Below are positions 1-12,019 of a stretch of DNA of 64,000 nt, in pieces (within the stretch, counting starts at the first letter, position 1; each line of letters opens with the position of its first letter). Source of the DNA: Cenococcum geophilum (taxonomy: Eukaryota). The notes beneath the pieces are model-generated. The model had not been told where the DNA came from. It saw nothing but the letters and a program-made list of their open reading frames with translations, and ran no database searches. The stretch is taken from positions 6,324,001 through 6,388,000 of the forward strand of contig CP158636.1 of NCBI GenBank assembly GCA_050273025.1, read 5' to 3'. Position numbers and translations under genes: made by a program.

Positions 1-3000
1 AGCAAGATTAAAGACCAATTACTAAACTAGATCGCACTTAATTAGCTTAATAAAGAGTAAATTACTATATGGCTATAGCTGCAAACCTTTCTAAAGAAAT
101 AGACTTAAGATCCGTATATTGTATAATATAATAATATAGAGCTATTTTGGAATGGGATATAGCTTAACCGCCATAACTTCCGCTAGTTTATAAACTTTAT
201 GGAAACCTATACTTAATAAATAGATCTAGAGCCCTTTAAAAATAAGGACGGTAGCATCTATAAAAAGGAGAAGATTAGGTTTATCTAGGCTAGAATTAAG
301 CTAGCAATTTATAACGAAATAAAGCGCGTGGGAGCCCTATTACGGATTACTATATATATGGATTTTAAACGAGCGGTTCTAAACACTAAAGATATAGTAA
401 GGAACTAGACCTCTTTTAGTAGAAAGCTAAAGGGTTACTAAAAGCGCGGGCACTCTAGTAGTAACGTAAGGCATACCTAACCTTTAAAGAAGCCGTTCTT
501 AAAGAGAACTTTAGAAGGGTTAAAGTTAGAAACCTTAAATAACGGGAAAGACTTTTAGGGCCAACCTAATACCCGTCTAGTACCTTTATGGGAATACTCT
601 AAAAAGTTAAGAGAAAACTCTAAAGGCAGATTTTATTAGAAAAATAAGTAAGGTAATAACCGTACTAATAATCTAAAAAAAGAAAAGCCCTAGTTATAGA
701 TCTTTTTTAGCTATAACTAGGGCAAGATACGGAAGGAGAGACTCTCTATATTGCTATTAAGCTGGAAATAACACTCTCTATAAGTAAGATGCGTTAGTTC
801 TAAGCACTATATAATAGCGGCGCCGAAATCAATCTTATACGATATAATTTAGTAAAAGAGTATACTATTATAGGCTTTCTAGATAAGTATCGGATTAAAC
901 TATATAGTGCCTATAAGCTTATAGTGTTAGTGGCCAATATACATAACCGTATTAAGGTAGTTAGCCCGTAACCCTTCTAGGCGGCTAACTTTATAGGTTA
1001 TAACTTTATCCTTAGATACCCTTAGCTTGCAGAAGTAAATCTTAAGATATACTTTAAGACAGGAGCCTTTAAATAGTAGAACGATAAAGGTTTAGAAGGG
1101 TGTATATTACTAATAAGCCTAAAGGACATCCTAGAGAATATAGCCCTAGGCGAAATAGTGTACGCTTTATACCTAAGGGAGTATTAAATCTAACCCCTAT
1201 TTAATAGCAAGATGGGTATAAAGCCTAGTATAGGTAATAACCCCTCTATAACGGAGACCCTATAGGGAACTACTAGATAGGTCGCAGAGGTATTATAGGG
1301 AGGTAGTAATCTTAAGGATCTTATAAGATACTTTAACCATTATAGGTTACTTTGGCTTAAGTAATATACGGAAAGTATACTATAGTATCTTAAGCGCTGC
1401 GTTAAGGATTCCTTACCTTTTACTAGCTACTATATAAAACGGTATAATATACGGTGGCAACTATATACAAGCAACTACTATAGCGCACAACGCTGCCCGT
1501 AAGTATTTTAAGGGAGCTCCGGGACCTACCTAATAATAATATAAAGGATAAACGCGACTTTAATTTATTAAATATTCTAGTAGGCCTAAGGGACTTACTA
1601 AGGGTATTTTTAGGTAGGAGAGCTAAAGTCCTATCGCAGAACTTAGAGTATAATTATGTAATTAATCTAAAAAAAGGTAAATAACCACCAAACCTTTCTA
1701 TTTATAACCTCTCGCGTAAAGAGCTTAAGATCCTATAGGAGTACCTTAATAGGTTATTAAAAAAGGGGTAGATTTGGCCTAATAAGTCACTAGTAGGCGC
1801 GCCAATCCTCTTCGTTCTAAAACTAGATAGAACTATAAGGCTATATATAGACTATCGCGGTCTTAATAAGATTACAATTAAGAACCGTTACCTACTACTA
1901 TTAATTAGTAAAATGCTAGATAAACTATTTAGGGTAAAGATATTTATAAAGCTGGATTTATAAGACGCCTATTATAGGCTCTGTATTAAAGAAGGGGACG
2001 AGTAAAAAACTACTTTTAAGACCCAATACGGCCACTTTAAGTATTTAGTAATACCTTTTAGGTTAGCTAATACGCCTACAATATTTTAATTGTATATTTA
2101 TAGAGGACTAGTTAACCGTATATACGTCGTCTATTTAGATAATATCTTAATCTACTTAGAAGATAAGGATTAATATAAGTAACACGTCTACAAAGTGCTA
2201 GAACACTTAGATAATTAGGGCCTCTATACTAAGGCGTTAAAGTATATCTTTAATACTAAGTAGGTTAAGTTCCTAGGTTATATCGTGACGTCTATAGGAG
2301 TAGTTATAGACCTAGTACGGGTATAGATAATTTAGGAGTAGCCGGAGCTAGAGAGCTACTAGGATATTTAAGTGTTTTTAGGCTTTGCTAATTTCTATAG
2401 GCGCTTTATCTATAACTACTTAGACGTTACCTAATACCTATTTAATTATATTACGGAAGCTTCCTAAAACCCAACCTAAGGAGTAAAAAGCTTAAAGGCG
2501 GTAAGGAAGAAAACTAAGAAGGGACTAACTAAATAGTATAAACTATGGTTATAGCCCAGAAAGGTTTAAAAGGCCTTTTAGGAACTTCGCGTAAAGTTTA
2601 TAGAAGCTTTATTACTGCGGTATTTTAACCTAGATTAGCTATTAATGATAATTACTAATATATTAAATTTTGCCCTTATTAGTATCTTATTATAACCTAA
2701 TAGGTATTTAGACACTACCTAGCTTTACTAAAGACTAGTAGTATTCTATAGCAGAAAATTCTAGGGGCCTAAAGTTAGGTATTATACCTATAATAAGGAA
2801 CTGCTAGCTATAGTTAACTGCTTTAAATAGTGGCGATATTACCTTAAGCACGCGAGCCATACCACTTATATACTCTTAGATTATTATAATCTACGCTACT
2901 TTATAACTATAAAGGAGCTTATACTTTAATAAGCTAGATAGGCAAAGGAGCTTATATAATTTAATTTTAAGATTAAATATAAGCTAGGGGAAAACAACCC

Positions 3001-4726
3001 TACTAATAAACTGTTATAACGGCTAGACTATACTAAAAGCTTTAAAACGGGAGAAGGAAAATAGATAATAAATATCTTACTCCCTATATTATAGAACAAG
3101 CTCTAGGTATAGGATACTTAAGTACCTATAGCTTTATATATTAAGTCTTAGGCGGTATAAGCCCTATTAGTTTTTACTAATATTCTAGCTAGTACTTAGT
3201 CCGTTGCTAATAAGGGTCTAAATATACCTAAATAGGACGTCCCTAATATATTCTCGGAACCTAGTAATATACTATCCCTAATTGCTAAGCTATCCCCTTA
3301 AACTAATAGTAAAGCTATAAAGTAATTAGAACTTAGAGCCCTATAATAACTAAAGGACTTTAACCTTATAGCGGCCTTCTTAATATATACGCATTAAAAA
3401 GTTATAAGATCTATAGTACCATCTAGTCTTATACTTGGAGTAGTATAGGATAAAATAGCTTTTACCTAGGAACTATCCGAAAGGTTAACGGATTTTATCC
3501 GTAAGGTATAACAGAGGGATATTTCTTATACTATTCTTAACGCGGAAGTAGACTAGAAACGTAATAAAAAAAGCTACTAGGCGCTACTATTAGGAACTAG
3601 ACCCAATAGGCCTACTATATAAAGGTAGTAAGGTTTAGGTACTATAAGAAGCAAATCTATAATAGAAGATTCTTATAAAGAATTACAATAATCCTTTAGG
3701 CGGCTACTATAGTTAAGCAAAGACAGTAGAATTACTTTAGCGTAAATACTATTGGCTAAGGCTTAATTAGGAAGTAAAGGAGTATATTAGCTATTATAAG
3801 AAGTGTTAAGTATATAAAATCCGTAGGCACAAGCTATAGGGTTTACTTAAATTAGTTCCCCCTACTAGTAAGCTATAGCAATATTACGCTATAGACTTTA
3901 TTACGGATCTCCCGCTATTTAAAGATGGCTAAGGATAATTATATAATTTAGTCCTTATTTTTATTAATAAGTTTTTAAAGTATGTCTAATACCTTCCTAT
4001 TAATAAGACGATTAACGTATAAGCACTAGCCAACCTAATTAAGGAGAAATGCTTTCTTAAAGTAGATTAGCTGTACTCTATTATTACTAATAGGGGCAGC
4101 GTTTTTATAAGCTAGTACTGGTCGGACCTATACTTCCATTTAAAGATAAACCACCACTATAGTATAGCTTTCCATCTATAAATAGACGGGTAAATAAAAC
4201 GCCAGAACTAGGAACTAGAGTCTTACCTATAGATATATTTGAACTACCAGTAAGGTAACTAGTATAAGGTACTTCTGTATGCGGAGTATACTTATAATTC
4301 TAAGTAATATATATTATATAAGTATGCACTAATTTAGATTACCTATAGCGTTTAACTATTTGGGTTTAATAGTATACCTAATAATTACTAGCTAAGGCCG
4401 TATAATTAGTTATAGGATCTTACCGGGAAGTTTAAGGATATCTACTAGAGAGTATAAGGATACCTTTAGGAATGGGAGGAGTAATAGAAGTATACGAAGT
4501 AGAGCCTATAAGATGCCTAAGAGTAGTAGAGACTTTAGTATAACCGCAAGCACTAGGATAAGCATTTTAGAGTAGGCGATAAGGTTCTATTACGTTTAAC
4601 AAATATTAAGACCTATTAACTATTAAAGAAGCTTAATATAAGATACCTAGGTCCCTTCTAAGTTAAGGAACGAATTAGTAAGCTAGCCTATCGTCTCTAG
4701 CTACCCCTATTTATGGCCTATGTATA
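1..4726 (+). mobile_element. Ty3/Gypsy LTR retrotransposon internal region (gag end, protease, RT, RNase H, integrase), RIP-degenerate, 5' part outside the window and 3' end lost
   Basis: Manual translation gives protease-like ALYNSGAEINL (~804-836); RT 'IDYRGLNKITIKNRYLLLLI', 'KT*YGHFKYLVIPFRLANTP' and 'VVYLDNILIY' (~1845-2155); RNase H 'NKELLAIVNCFK*WR' (~2790-2835); and integrase 'IAFHL*IDG*IKRQN' (~4160-4210). Many RIP stops. No 3' LTR seen. Confidence 0.9.
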
Positions 4727-7478
4727 TCTTTACCAAATTACTTAAGATAGGAAGGGTACTATATAAATAAAAGGTAGTACAGATTATACTACTATAGAAG
4801 CTAAAGTAGGGGGACTATACGGTAGTAAATAACTATAGGCCAATCTCCCTCCTTCTAATGCTAGGAAAAGCACTTAAATCGCTAGTAGCGGAGAGAATAG
4901 TATACTTAGTAGAGGAATATAGCCTACTACCTAAGATATACTTTAGAGCTAGGAAGCAAGGGTTAATAATATATACGCTATTATATCTCTATAAGGACGT
5001 ATTTAGAGCGTAAAGAGAGAAAAAGAAACTATTTCTAGTATTATTTAATATTAAGGGTACGTATAATAATATAGCTATAGAGCTAGAAATTAGGAGATTA
5101 CGGTTGTAATAAATACCTTAGACGATTATATAATAGGTATAGGACTTTTATATAAACTATTAAGCCTATATATTAGAGGTATAGGCGCTCCTATAAGTAG
5201 GTCTTTTATAAGGATTAGCACTAGCCCTAATACTCTTTCTATTCTTTAACGTGGATCTTATATAAAGCGTACCTAGAAATAGCAGCTCTATAGCCTTTAT
5301 CGATAACTACTTAGTATAGGTTATAGGCCCTACAGCGGAGGAAAATACGCAGATTATCTAGGGCGAGATTATATTAATGCTTAAAAAATAGAAGAGAACT
5401 AGTAGAGCTTAATTTAAAGCAAAGAAAACGTTATTTATCTACCTTATTAGATATAAAGAAGTAGGTGGAAATACTACTACGCCGCTCTAATTTAAAGGAA
5501 AAGAAATCCCCCTAATATAGGATATTAAAATCCTTATGGTAATTCTTAATAAGGAGCTAAGGTTTAAGGTATACCTAGTAGATAAGGCAGGCAAAGCTAC
5601 TAAGGTAATACTAGTATTACATAGATTAAAGGGACTGTAGTTTAAAAGCGTTAAGCAGCTAGCTGAAAGCTCGGTCCTACTAGTAATAGACTACGCGTTA
5701 CTAATATAATACCCGCTTATAATATAAAAGTTAATATAGCTCCTTTAATAGGCGTAAAAAATTATAATATAAGCTATTATTAAGGGGTTCTATACCGTTA
5801 CTTTGTTAATAGTAGAGGTAGAAGCTAGCTTACTCCCTCTTAAGTAAAGGCTGCGCAACTAGGTTATTACGTTTTAAGTATTAATCTATAAACTAGGCAA
5901 ATTATATCTTTATTAAATAATTTAAAGATAGAGGCTCTATAGACGGCACTAGTTACCACTTTAGAGGATAGTAGAGATATATAAGGATATCTAGGTAAAT
6001 AGGGTGCTAGAGGTTAAACTATATATATACCCGCCGTAAGTAGCTAGGCCTAATATAGTGATATATAAGGACGAAGAATATGCTTAAGCTATTATTAAAG
6101 ACTATAAGCTAGAGTAGGTTAATATATACATTAATATATTAATGCGCAATAGTAGGGTAGGAGTTAGCGTGTATACTATACTATTTAAAGCAACGGTTTT
6201 AGAAATAGTGACGAGCTTTAATTAAGCTAATGCCTACTTTATAAAGCTTTTAATAATTAGTAAGGCAGCTAACTAGCTATAGGACCTTACGTACACAGCT
6301 ATTAACTAAGTAGGTTTTCTAATACCTCCCTTTAGTATAAGAATATTCTCTAACTTATAATTAGCTCTGCTATTAGTATAGAGCTAGAGGGCTAAAGCCT
6401 ACTAGGAAATAGTTATGGAGATCTTAAAGAAGCTTTAACTAAACAATATTACACTATATTAGATTTTAGGCTACTTAGAATTTATAGGAAATAAAAAGGC
6501 TAATAAGCTTACTAAAACAGTAATAAAACTAAAGAGCGAGGGGCTACTATAAAGAGATGGCCTTCTATAGTACCTTATAATGTAAGCTTTAAAAAGAACT
6601 ATAATAATAATAGGACTGCTTTTAGCGGGAAGATCTAATATAGGCAAGTTTATAAAGAAAATTAACGTAATACTCTACTTTAAAAAGGCTATAAGATTAT
6701 ACTAACAACTAATTTGCTTTAAAGCTACTATTTTTACATAGCTATAGAGGAGTAAGTTATTTCTAAAGGAATATCTCTATAAAATTAATATATTAGAGAC
6801 GGCGTTATATAATAATAGGTTTATAGAATTAATATAGTACTTCCTCTTCTTTTATAGGAGGTAGGTATAATAGATAATTAAACTAAAAGAGTAGTATAGA
6901 GATTAATTTAGGGATCTATTATATGTACTAGGAGGCTACTTACGCATATAAGAAGGAGGCAGGAATATTAACAGCCTAATTAAATGCTGGAAGCCAGATA
7001 TTAGCGTAGTTAAAGCTTTAATTAAATTTATAAAGGAGACTAGACGTTTATACCTAAGTATATAAAATATAGAAAGTATAGAAGCTAATATTAATAAGTA
7101 AAGACTTTTAAGAATTCCTTTTTTAATTATCTAACTAAATATACCGCAAGCCTCCTCTATACGCGCCTCTACTAATACGTTGCTAATTAAGAAGCGCATA
7201 ACGCTATAATAGCTCTATAGATATAAGGCGTTAAAAATTACTTATTTAGGCTTATATCTACACTCTAACTTTCTTCTAATAGTAATACATCACTTTTCTT
7301 TATTTCCTTAGTTAAGTATAGTGTTAGGTAATAGATATATAGTTTTTATAGTTGGCTTCTAAACTAGAGCAAGCATATTAATAGTAGGAAGTATTTAGTT
7401 AGCGCTTTATAACGGCCTATACCCTAAATAGTGCATGGCTATAATAGAATATACATATATATATACATACATATATAC
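4727..7478 (+). mobile_element. 5'-truncated LINE (Tad1/I-group-like) ORF2 with RT and RNase H, degenerate
   Basis: 'NYRPISLL' at ~4831, 'FIDNY' (from [YF]xDD) at ~5296, an RNase H-like 'GNKKANKLTK' (from GNEKADKLAK) at ~6487, and a C-terminal zinc-knuckle remnant at ~6800-6860. It ends in a TA/CATA simple-repeat tail. Confidence 0.85.
7449..7478. repeat. (TA)n/(CATA)n simple repeat, probable LINE 3' tail
   Basis: atatacatatatatatacatacatatatac lies at the boundary between RIPed and un-RIPed sequence. Confidence 0.7.
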
Positions 7479-8184
7479 GTATTTCCATTTAATATCGGCG
7501 ATAAAATCTATATACGGCTAGTAGAAGGCTTGATCGACTCGCGATTTCAGACGGATGCGCCAGGGCGGTGGAAATATATATTGGTCAAACACTCCTTAGT
7601 AGTGATCGACACCTGGCCGACAATATGCGATGGTAACCGTACCTCGGTCGACACTACCTAAACAAGCTGCTATTCGAGCGCTTCGATTTTCATACCCGAC
7701 TTAGACCAAGGGCCTGTAAACAATACAGTTTTACCAAGTTCGTCTTTTAATCTCCTATTGCCGCTAAGTGAAATCACATCGAAGGATCAAGAAGTGGAGG
7801 AATTTGGAATTGAGATGAACCAGCACATATGGAGAATATTAGTGTGAAAACTCCGCCGCCCTTTGATTTTAACACGGCTAATTATAATAGTGCCTCGACA
7901 CGCCAAGAACCTCTGAGCAACAAGACAACACCTGAGCATAAACGCCAGGGGCAGGCAAGTGCCCGGATTTATTGCAACTACACATCCTACACAAAATCTT
8001 TCTCTCGAAAGCCCAATCTCATCAACGTGTCAGGATTTCTGTGTCTGCATTGTGAGTAGTAGAATATGAACAAACGATATCCTATCTAAAAGCAGCATAA
8101 GCCGAAGAATGACTCATTAAAATCCAGGCTATTATTGCTATATACGAAGTCTTACCGCTCGTCTGGGTATTCCTGCGTCCAGCA

Positions 8185-9063
8185 TTAATGGCAAAGTAAT
8201 CGATCTAACGCACGCGAGGAACCGCTTCCCCCTGAACCATTATTATCACCATCTGCACCGCCATCCACCTCGTAGTTTTCACTTCCTTCCATCATTTTTC
8301 GTAGAAGTTCCCTCTCTCGCCGTTCCGGAAACAGGTCTTCCCTATCGCGACTGGCTGAGCACTCGCATAATGTGAATGAGCCCTGATAGAGTGCTTCCCG
8401 AATCTTGCGTTGGTGTTTTATAAAATGTGCCGTCCCAGTACGCATTCCCGATAGCGAGTCTAGGTGGTACTGTCGATGCTCATATCTCAAGTGTTCAGCA
8501 AAGGACCGATCCTGAATAGTCGAATTGTAGCCATAGAGATATACGATCTGGCATGCAATATGGCCCCAGAGCATGGATTGATCTAAGGAAGTATCGAGTA
8601 AACTATCGATCAAAGCATCGAGGAATTCTGGAAGATCGGGAAAAAGGCCTAGATTGCTAGGCCTGTGCTTGGCTTCTGAGAAGGTGAAATTCCAATCATT
8701 AGCCGGAAGAAGAACCGTTTCAGTTGCTCTTGGTGGATCCTGACTCGGCGGTGGAGGGATAGATGTCTTTTGAGGAGGTTGGTATGGTTTCGTCTTGAAC
8801 GTAGGAGGCACTAGACGGCGCTGCTGAGTGTCAACAACCGCGGTACCAACCTTGGCCGGTGCTGCTGTGAGTAGAGTCCATCCACACTGTGCAAGAACCT
8901 CAGTGGCTTGGTCGATATCCGGTACAATAAGGTAGAGCTCAAAAGTCTCAGTGGGGACTCCGTAGTACACCAAGACGTCTTCGAACCAGATGGAGCAAGG
9001 AATGCTGTTTTTATGCAGCAGAATGCATGGCTGATATCTCGGCTGGAAAATGATGTCGGCCAT
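8185..9063 (-). CDS. Hypothetical fungal protein (292 aa), intact, single exon; N-terminus weakly resembles a nucleotidyltransferase-like fold
   Basis: Uninterrupted ATG-to-TAA ORF with normal CpA/TpG content in a balanced-GC island (~7490-9255). Contains WFEDVLVYYGVPTETFELYLIVPDID and a Pro-rich linker. The fold assignment is inference only. Confidence 0.75.
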   Translation of the reverse strand: MADIIFQPRYQPCILLHKNSIPCSIWFEDVLVYYGVPTETFELYLIVPDIDQATEVLAQCGWTLLTAAPAKVGTAVVDTQQRRLVPPTFKTKPYQPPQKTSIPPPPSQDPPRATETVLLPANDWNFTFSEAKHRPSNLGLFPDLPEFLDALIDSLLDTSLDQSMLWGHIACQIVYLYGYNSTIQDRSFAEHLRYEHRQYHLDSLSGMRTGTAHFIKHQRKIREALYQGSFTLCECSASRDREDLFPERRERELLRKMMEGSENYEVDGGADGDNNGSGGSGSSRALDRLLCH

Positions 9064-9271
9064 TGAAACCTTAGAGACAGATGCTCGCCGAATAAGATGT
9101 TAAAAGGTTAGTTGATACAGGTAGTGGTTGAGGCAGACATGTCATGGTCGCTGCGATCGGGATCTGCCACGTTTACCTTAGCTGGATTTTGATTGGAGCG
9201 GATATTCCTTCGGCCCGTCAGCAAGCTAACTAACATCCACCGAAATCACGTCTGATTATCTCAGTAAGCGA

Positions 9272-9403
9272 CTCAGACGGCAAGGGCAGAACTTAAGGCG
9301 CACTCAGTAACACTAAAATATCACTAGTCTCCGCCCAAGAAAGCGCCACTTTTTTTTAACCAATCAGCTATCTACCGACCTTAAGTTTACCCTGCCGTCT
9401 GAG
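9272..9403. repeat. Subterminal inverted repeat at the left end of the TIR element
   Basis: ctcagacggcaagggcagaacttaagg (9272-9298) pairs with ccttaagtttaccctgccgtctgag (9379-9403). A mirrored arrangement occurs at 53464-53601. Confidence 0.85.
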
Positions 9404-9662
9404 GGCCTATAGTGCGGAACTCTATGGTGCTCAACTTCAATTTTCGCAATTTTGTATAAGAGACACTCTCTCCTATATATTTAACTCCCTAACAATACCT
9501 TTTTAACCTAATAAGCTGATAAGTTAAATTAGACTAGTGCCCTCTATAAATTAATTAGATTTTTATTAAATTATAAAGCTGTTAACTAGGTAAGATTTAG
9601 GTAGATTTTATAACGTTTTTGCGACAAAATCGCGCCTAGGCGAGGCTCTAGTAATATAGCGT

Positions 9663-9935
9663 CAAAATCACCTTTTTCACCGCCGTATCTCGACCTTTTT
9701 ATAACGTCTAGTTATTATAAAAATACTACGAGGTGGGAGCTCTTTAGCTTCTCTATCTATTGCATTAAATAACAACGTTGTGGCTATATTATATAAAATA
9801 TTAGATATGGGCAGTTAGTTACATTTTATCCAAAATACGCCAAAATTACCTTTTTTACTGCCGTACCTTGACCCTTTTATAACATCTAGTTATTATAAAA
9901 ATACTATAAGGTAGGAGCTCTTTAGCTTCTCTATC
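9663..9935. repeat. 178-bp tandem duplication inside the TIR element; the second unit is interrupted by the Copia and continues at 53144-53220
   Basis: caaaatcacctttttcaccgccgt... at 9663 recurs at 9841. Unit 1 reads ...cttctctatctattgcattaaataacaacg. Unit 2 reads ...cttctctatc [Copia] tattatattaaataatacg. Confidence 0.85.
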
Positions 9936-10105
9936 TGTCGGTATACTCGCATTATTAACGTGCACGAATATTACTTGTAGTGGTACGTATGCGGTGTTAA
10001 AGTTGGTAGTTATTCTTGTCTAGAAATAGGGGTTTGCTCCAAGGTCAGATTAGCTAGCCTCGCTTTATAGTCTCATAACCACGTCACATAACTAACATTC
10101 CGACA
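9936..10105 (-). repeat. Copia 3' LTR (170 bp)
   Basis: TGTCGG...CCGACA termini; near-identical to 52969-53138. Confidence 0.95.
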
Positions 10106-10373
10106 CTAGAGCAACTCTAAAAAGAAGGCTAATCTATACTCTAAAGCCAAGTCTATTTCTAGACTATTTGTAGCATATACGCAATAGTTTCCACGCTCCT
10201 CTTATAGGTCCGTAATTATATAACTAGTATTACGGCTTATATTAATGCCTCTAAGCCAAAGCTTATAGAATACTATATTACGGAGATATTAAGCTAAGGA
10301 AAAGAAGAAGAAGAATTATTAAGGGTAGCAGGTTAATATGTCGCGAGGGCTGCCAAGGCACTAGTGGTAAGCG

Positions 10374-10420
10374 AGCCAATAGCGATTTTCTATCCCGGGG
10401 ATAGAAAATCCTAATTGGCT
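10374..10420. repeat. 47-bp near-palindrome in the Copia 3' non-coding region
   Basis: agccaatagcgattttctatcccggggatagaaaatcctaattggct; a second copy lies at 20505-20550. Confidence 0.85.
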
Positions 10421-10489
10421 AGTTAAATTCAGGGTCCGCAGAATATAGTAGGTGGCGCGCCCCAGCACCATCACAACCCGTAAACTACC

Positions 10490-11434
10490 CCTTATTACTC
10501 CTTACGCTCCACCTAACCTACAGCCTATATATTAACTTGGTTCGTATTAATAAGTCGCTATAGTGCGATATAAGGCTTCCCCTTAGTTATCGCGTCCGCA
10601 GGGTTAGCTTTACCATTAATCTATTTAACCTCTATAATCTGCTAACGTTCGTAAGCTTATCGTAGGCATATTATATTAATTATTAATTACTTCTCTTATA
10701 TAGTTCTGAGTCGTATAAGACAGTTATATAGCGACTTAGAATTAGTGTAAAGTATAAGCGGGAGGTTAATCTATAGGACCTTATCTACCGTAGACTTAAT
10801 GGCGACGGCGATATTAAAGCCATAAGCCATTCCGTAGAGTTTAGAAGCTAGAACGCTTCTAGTAACTCTTTTATACTTAATTAAGCTCTAATAGATAACA
10901 TTAACCTTCTTAGTTGCGTTAGCTAGTATAATAACATAGCTAATTTGCGAAGAGAGGTCCTTATTATTACTAGTAAAGGAAGTGTTTATAAAGACTAAGA
11001 GCTATAGGGTCTTAGCCTCTAATTTAATAAACTTAAGACCTTTATATAAGTTCTAAATCTACTAGCTTAGGCACTTATTTAACTCCTTCGTGTCTACCTC
11101 TTTAGAATTAATTACCTAGGTAGTAAAGGATAAGTTAAATAAAGCCTTTAGCTAACAGACTAAGGCGATATAGGCTCCTCTAGCGCGTTAAGCGATATAC
11201 TAGTCCTTTAGCGTAAGTAGGCTACGCGTAACTCCATTAGAGCTAGTACTATCTACTAGTATAGTATTAACCACATTAAGGTTTTTATACTGGCGCTTTT
11301 GCGTTAGCATAATACTCCTATCTTATATTAATTAAATAAGTCCTCTATTAAACTTAATTAATATATTTACGGTTAGTTATTCTCGCTTCTTAGCCATAAA
11401 CTTAGCCTTATATAGTTCGCTTTATTTAGCCTCT
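10490..11434 (-). pseudogene. Copia RT C-terminus and RNase H, RIP-degenerate
   Basis: Minus-strand 'DSELY..L.RLRTI*EK*LIINIICLR*AYER*QIIEVK*INGKANPADAITKG', matching the fungal Copia RNase H end motif NPADxxTK. Confidence 0.88.
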
Positions 11435-11778
11435 TATAATAGGACTAGCCTAGTTATAGTAGGAACGTCTTAGTAAAACACTTAATAGATAAATTTTAAT
11501 ACTTTGTTTAAATTCTGCCGAATTTTACTAGCTTAATTAACTTCTGCCAAGTTCTGCCAGATCTATTAAATTCTACTAAAGTCCGTTAAAGACCGTGTGC
11601 GTATATACGCACGTATTGACCACTAAGCCCCTAACTATTTAATTATATAATTCTCTCGTTATTCCTTTCTCTTCTTTATATAATGTCTTATTCTTAGCAA
11701 GAGCTATATACCCTTAGATTTAGATAGAATTTATATTATTTCTTTAAATCTTCCCTAAAGTCTCTTCGCGCCCTTATA
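11435..11778 (+). repeat. Gypsy 5' LTR (344 bp)
   Basis: Direct repeat of 20673-21016, differing mostly by transitions. Confidence 0.93.
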
Positions 11779-12019
11779 TTATATTACGTTAAAATAACTA
11801 CTATTAAAATAGTAAATGAACTTAAACCTACCGCGTTAACTATAAGCGTTATAGCCCTAGTTAGGGAACAGTTAACTATAATGCAACAGTCCTTTATAGA
11901 TGCTTTAGCCTAACAGCAAGCGACATTAAAAGGTTAGCACTAGTAATTAATAGGAGCAATCCGTAAAGAACTCTATAACCTTAAAGTACTTATATTAAAA
12001 ACCCTAACAGCAATACCTA

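Noticed and set aside
7479..7500. Resumption of the first Gypsy after the LINE tail
   Set aside because: The sequence after the tail is un-RIPed and shows no chromodomain, PPT or LTR. The match to the expected 'VFH' codons is too short to trust.
7431..8059. Short plus-strand ORFs 7431-7661 and 7829-8059
   Set aside because: Short, no recognisable motifs. One overlaps the simple-repeat tail and the other lies in the 3' region of the convergent gene.
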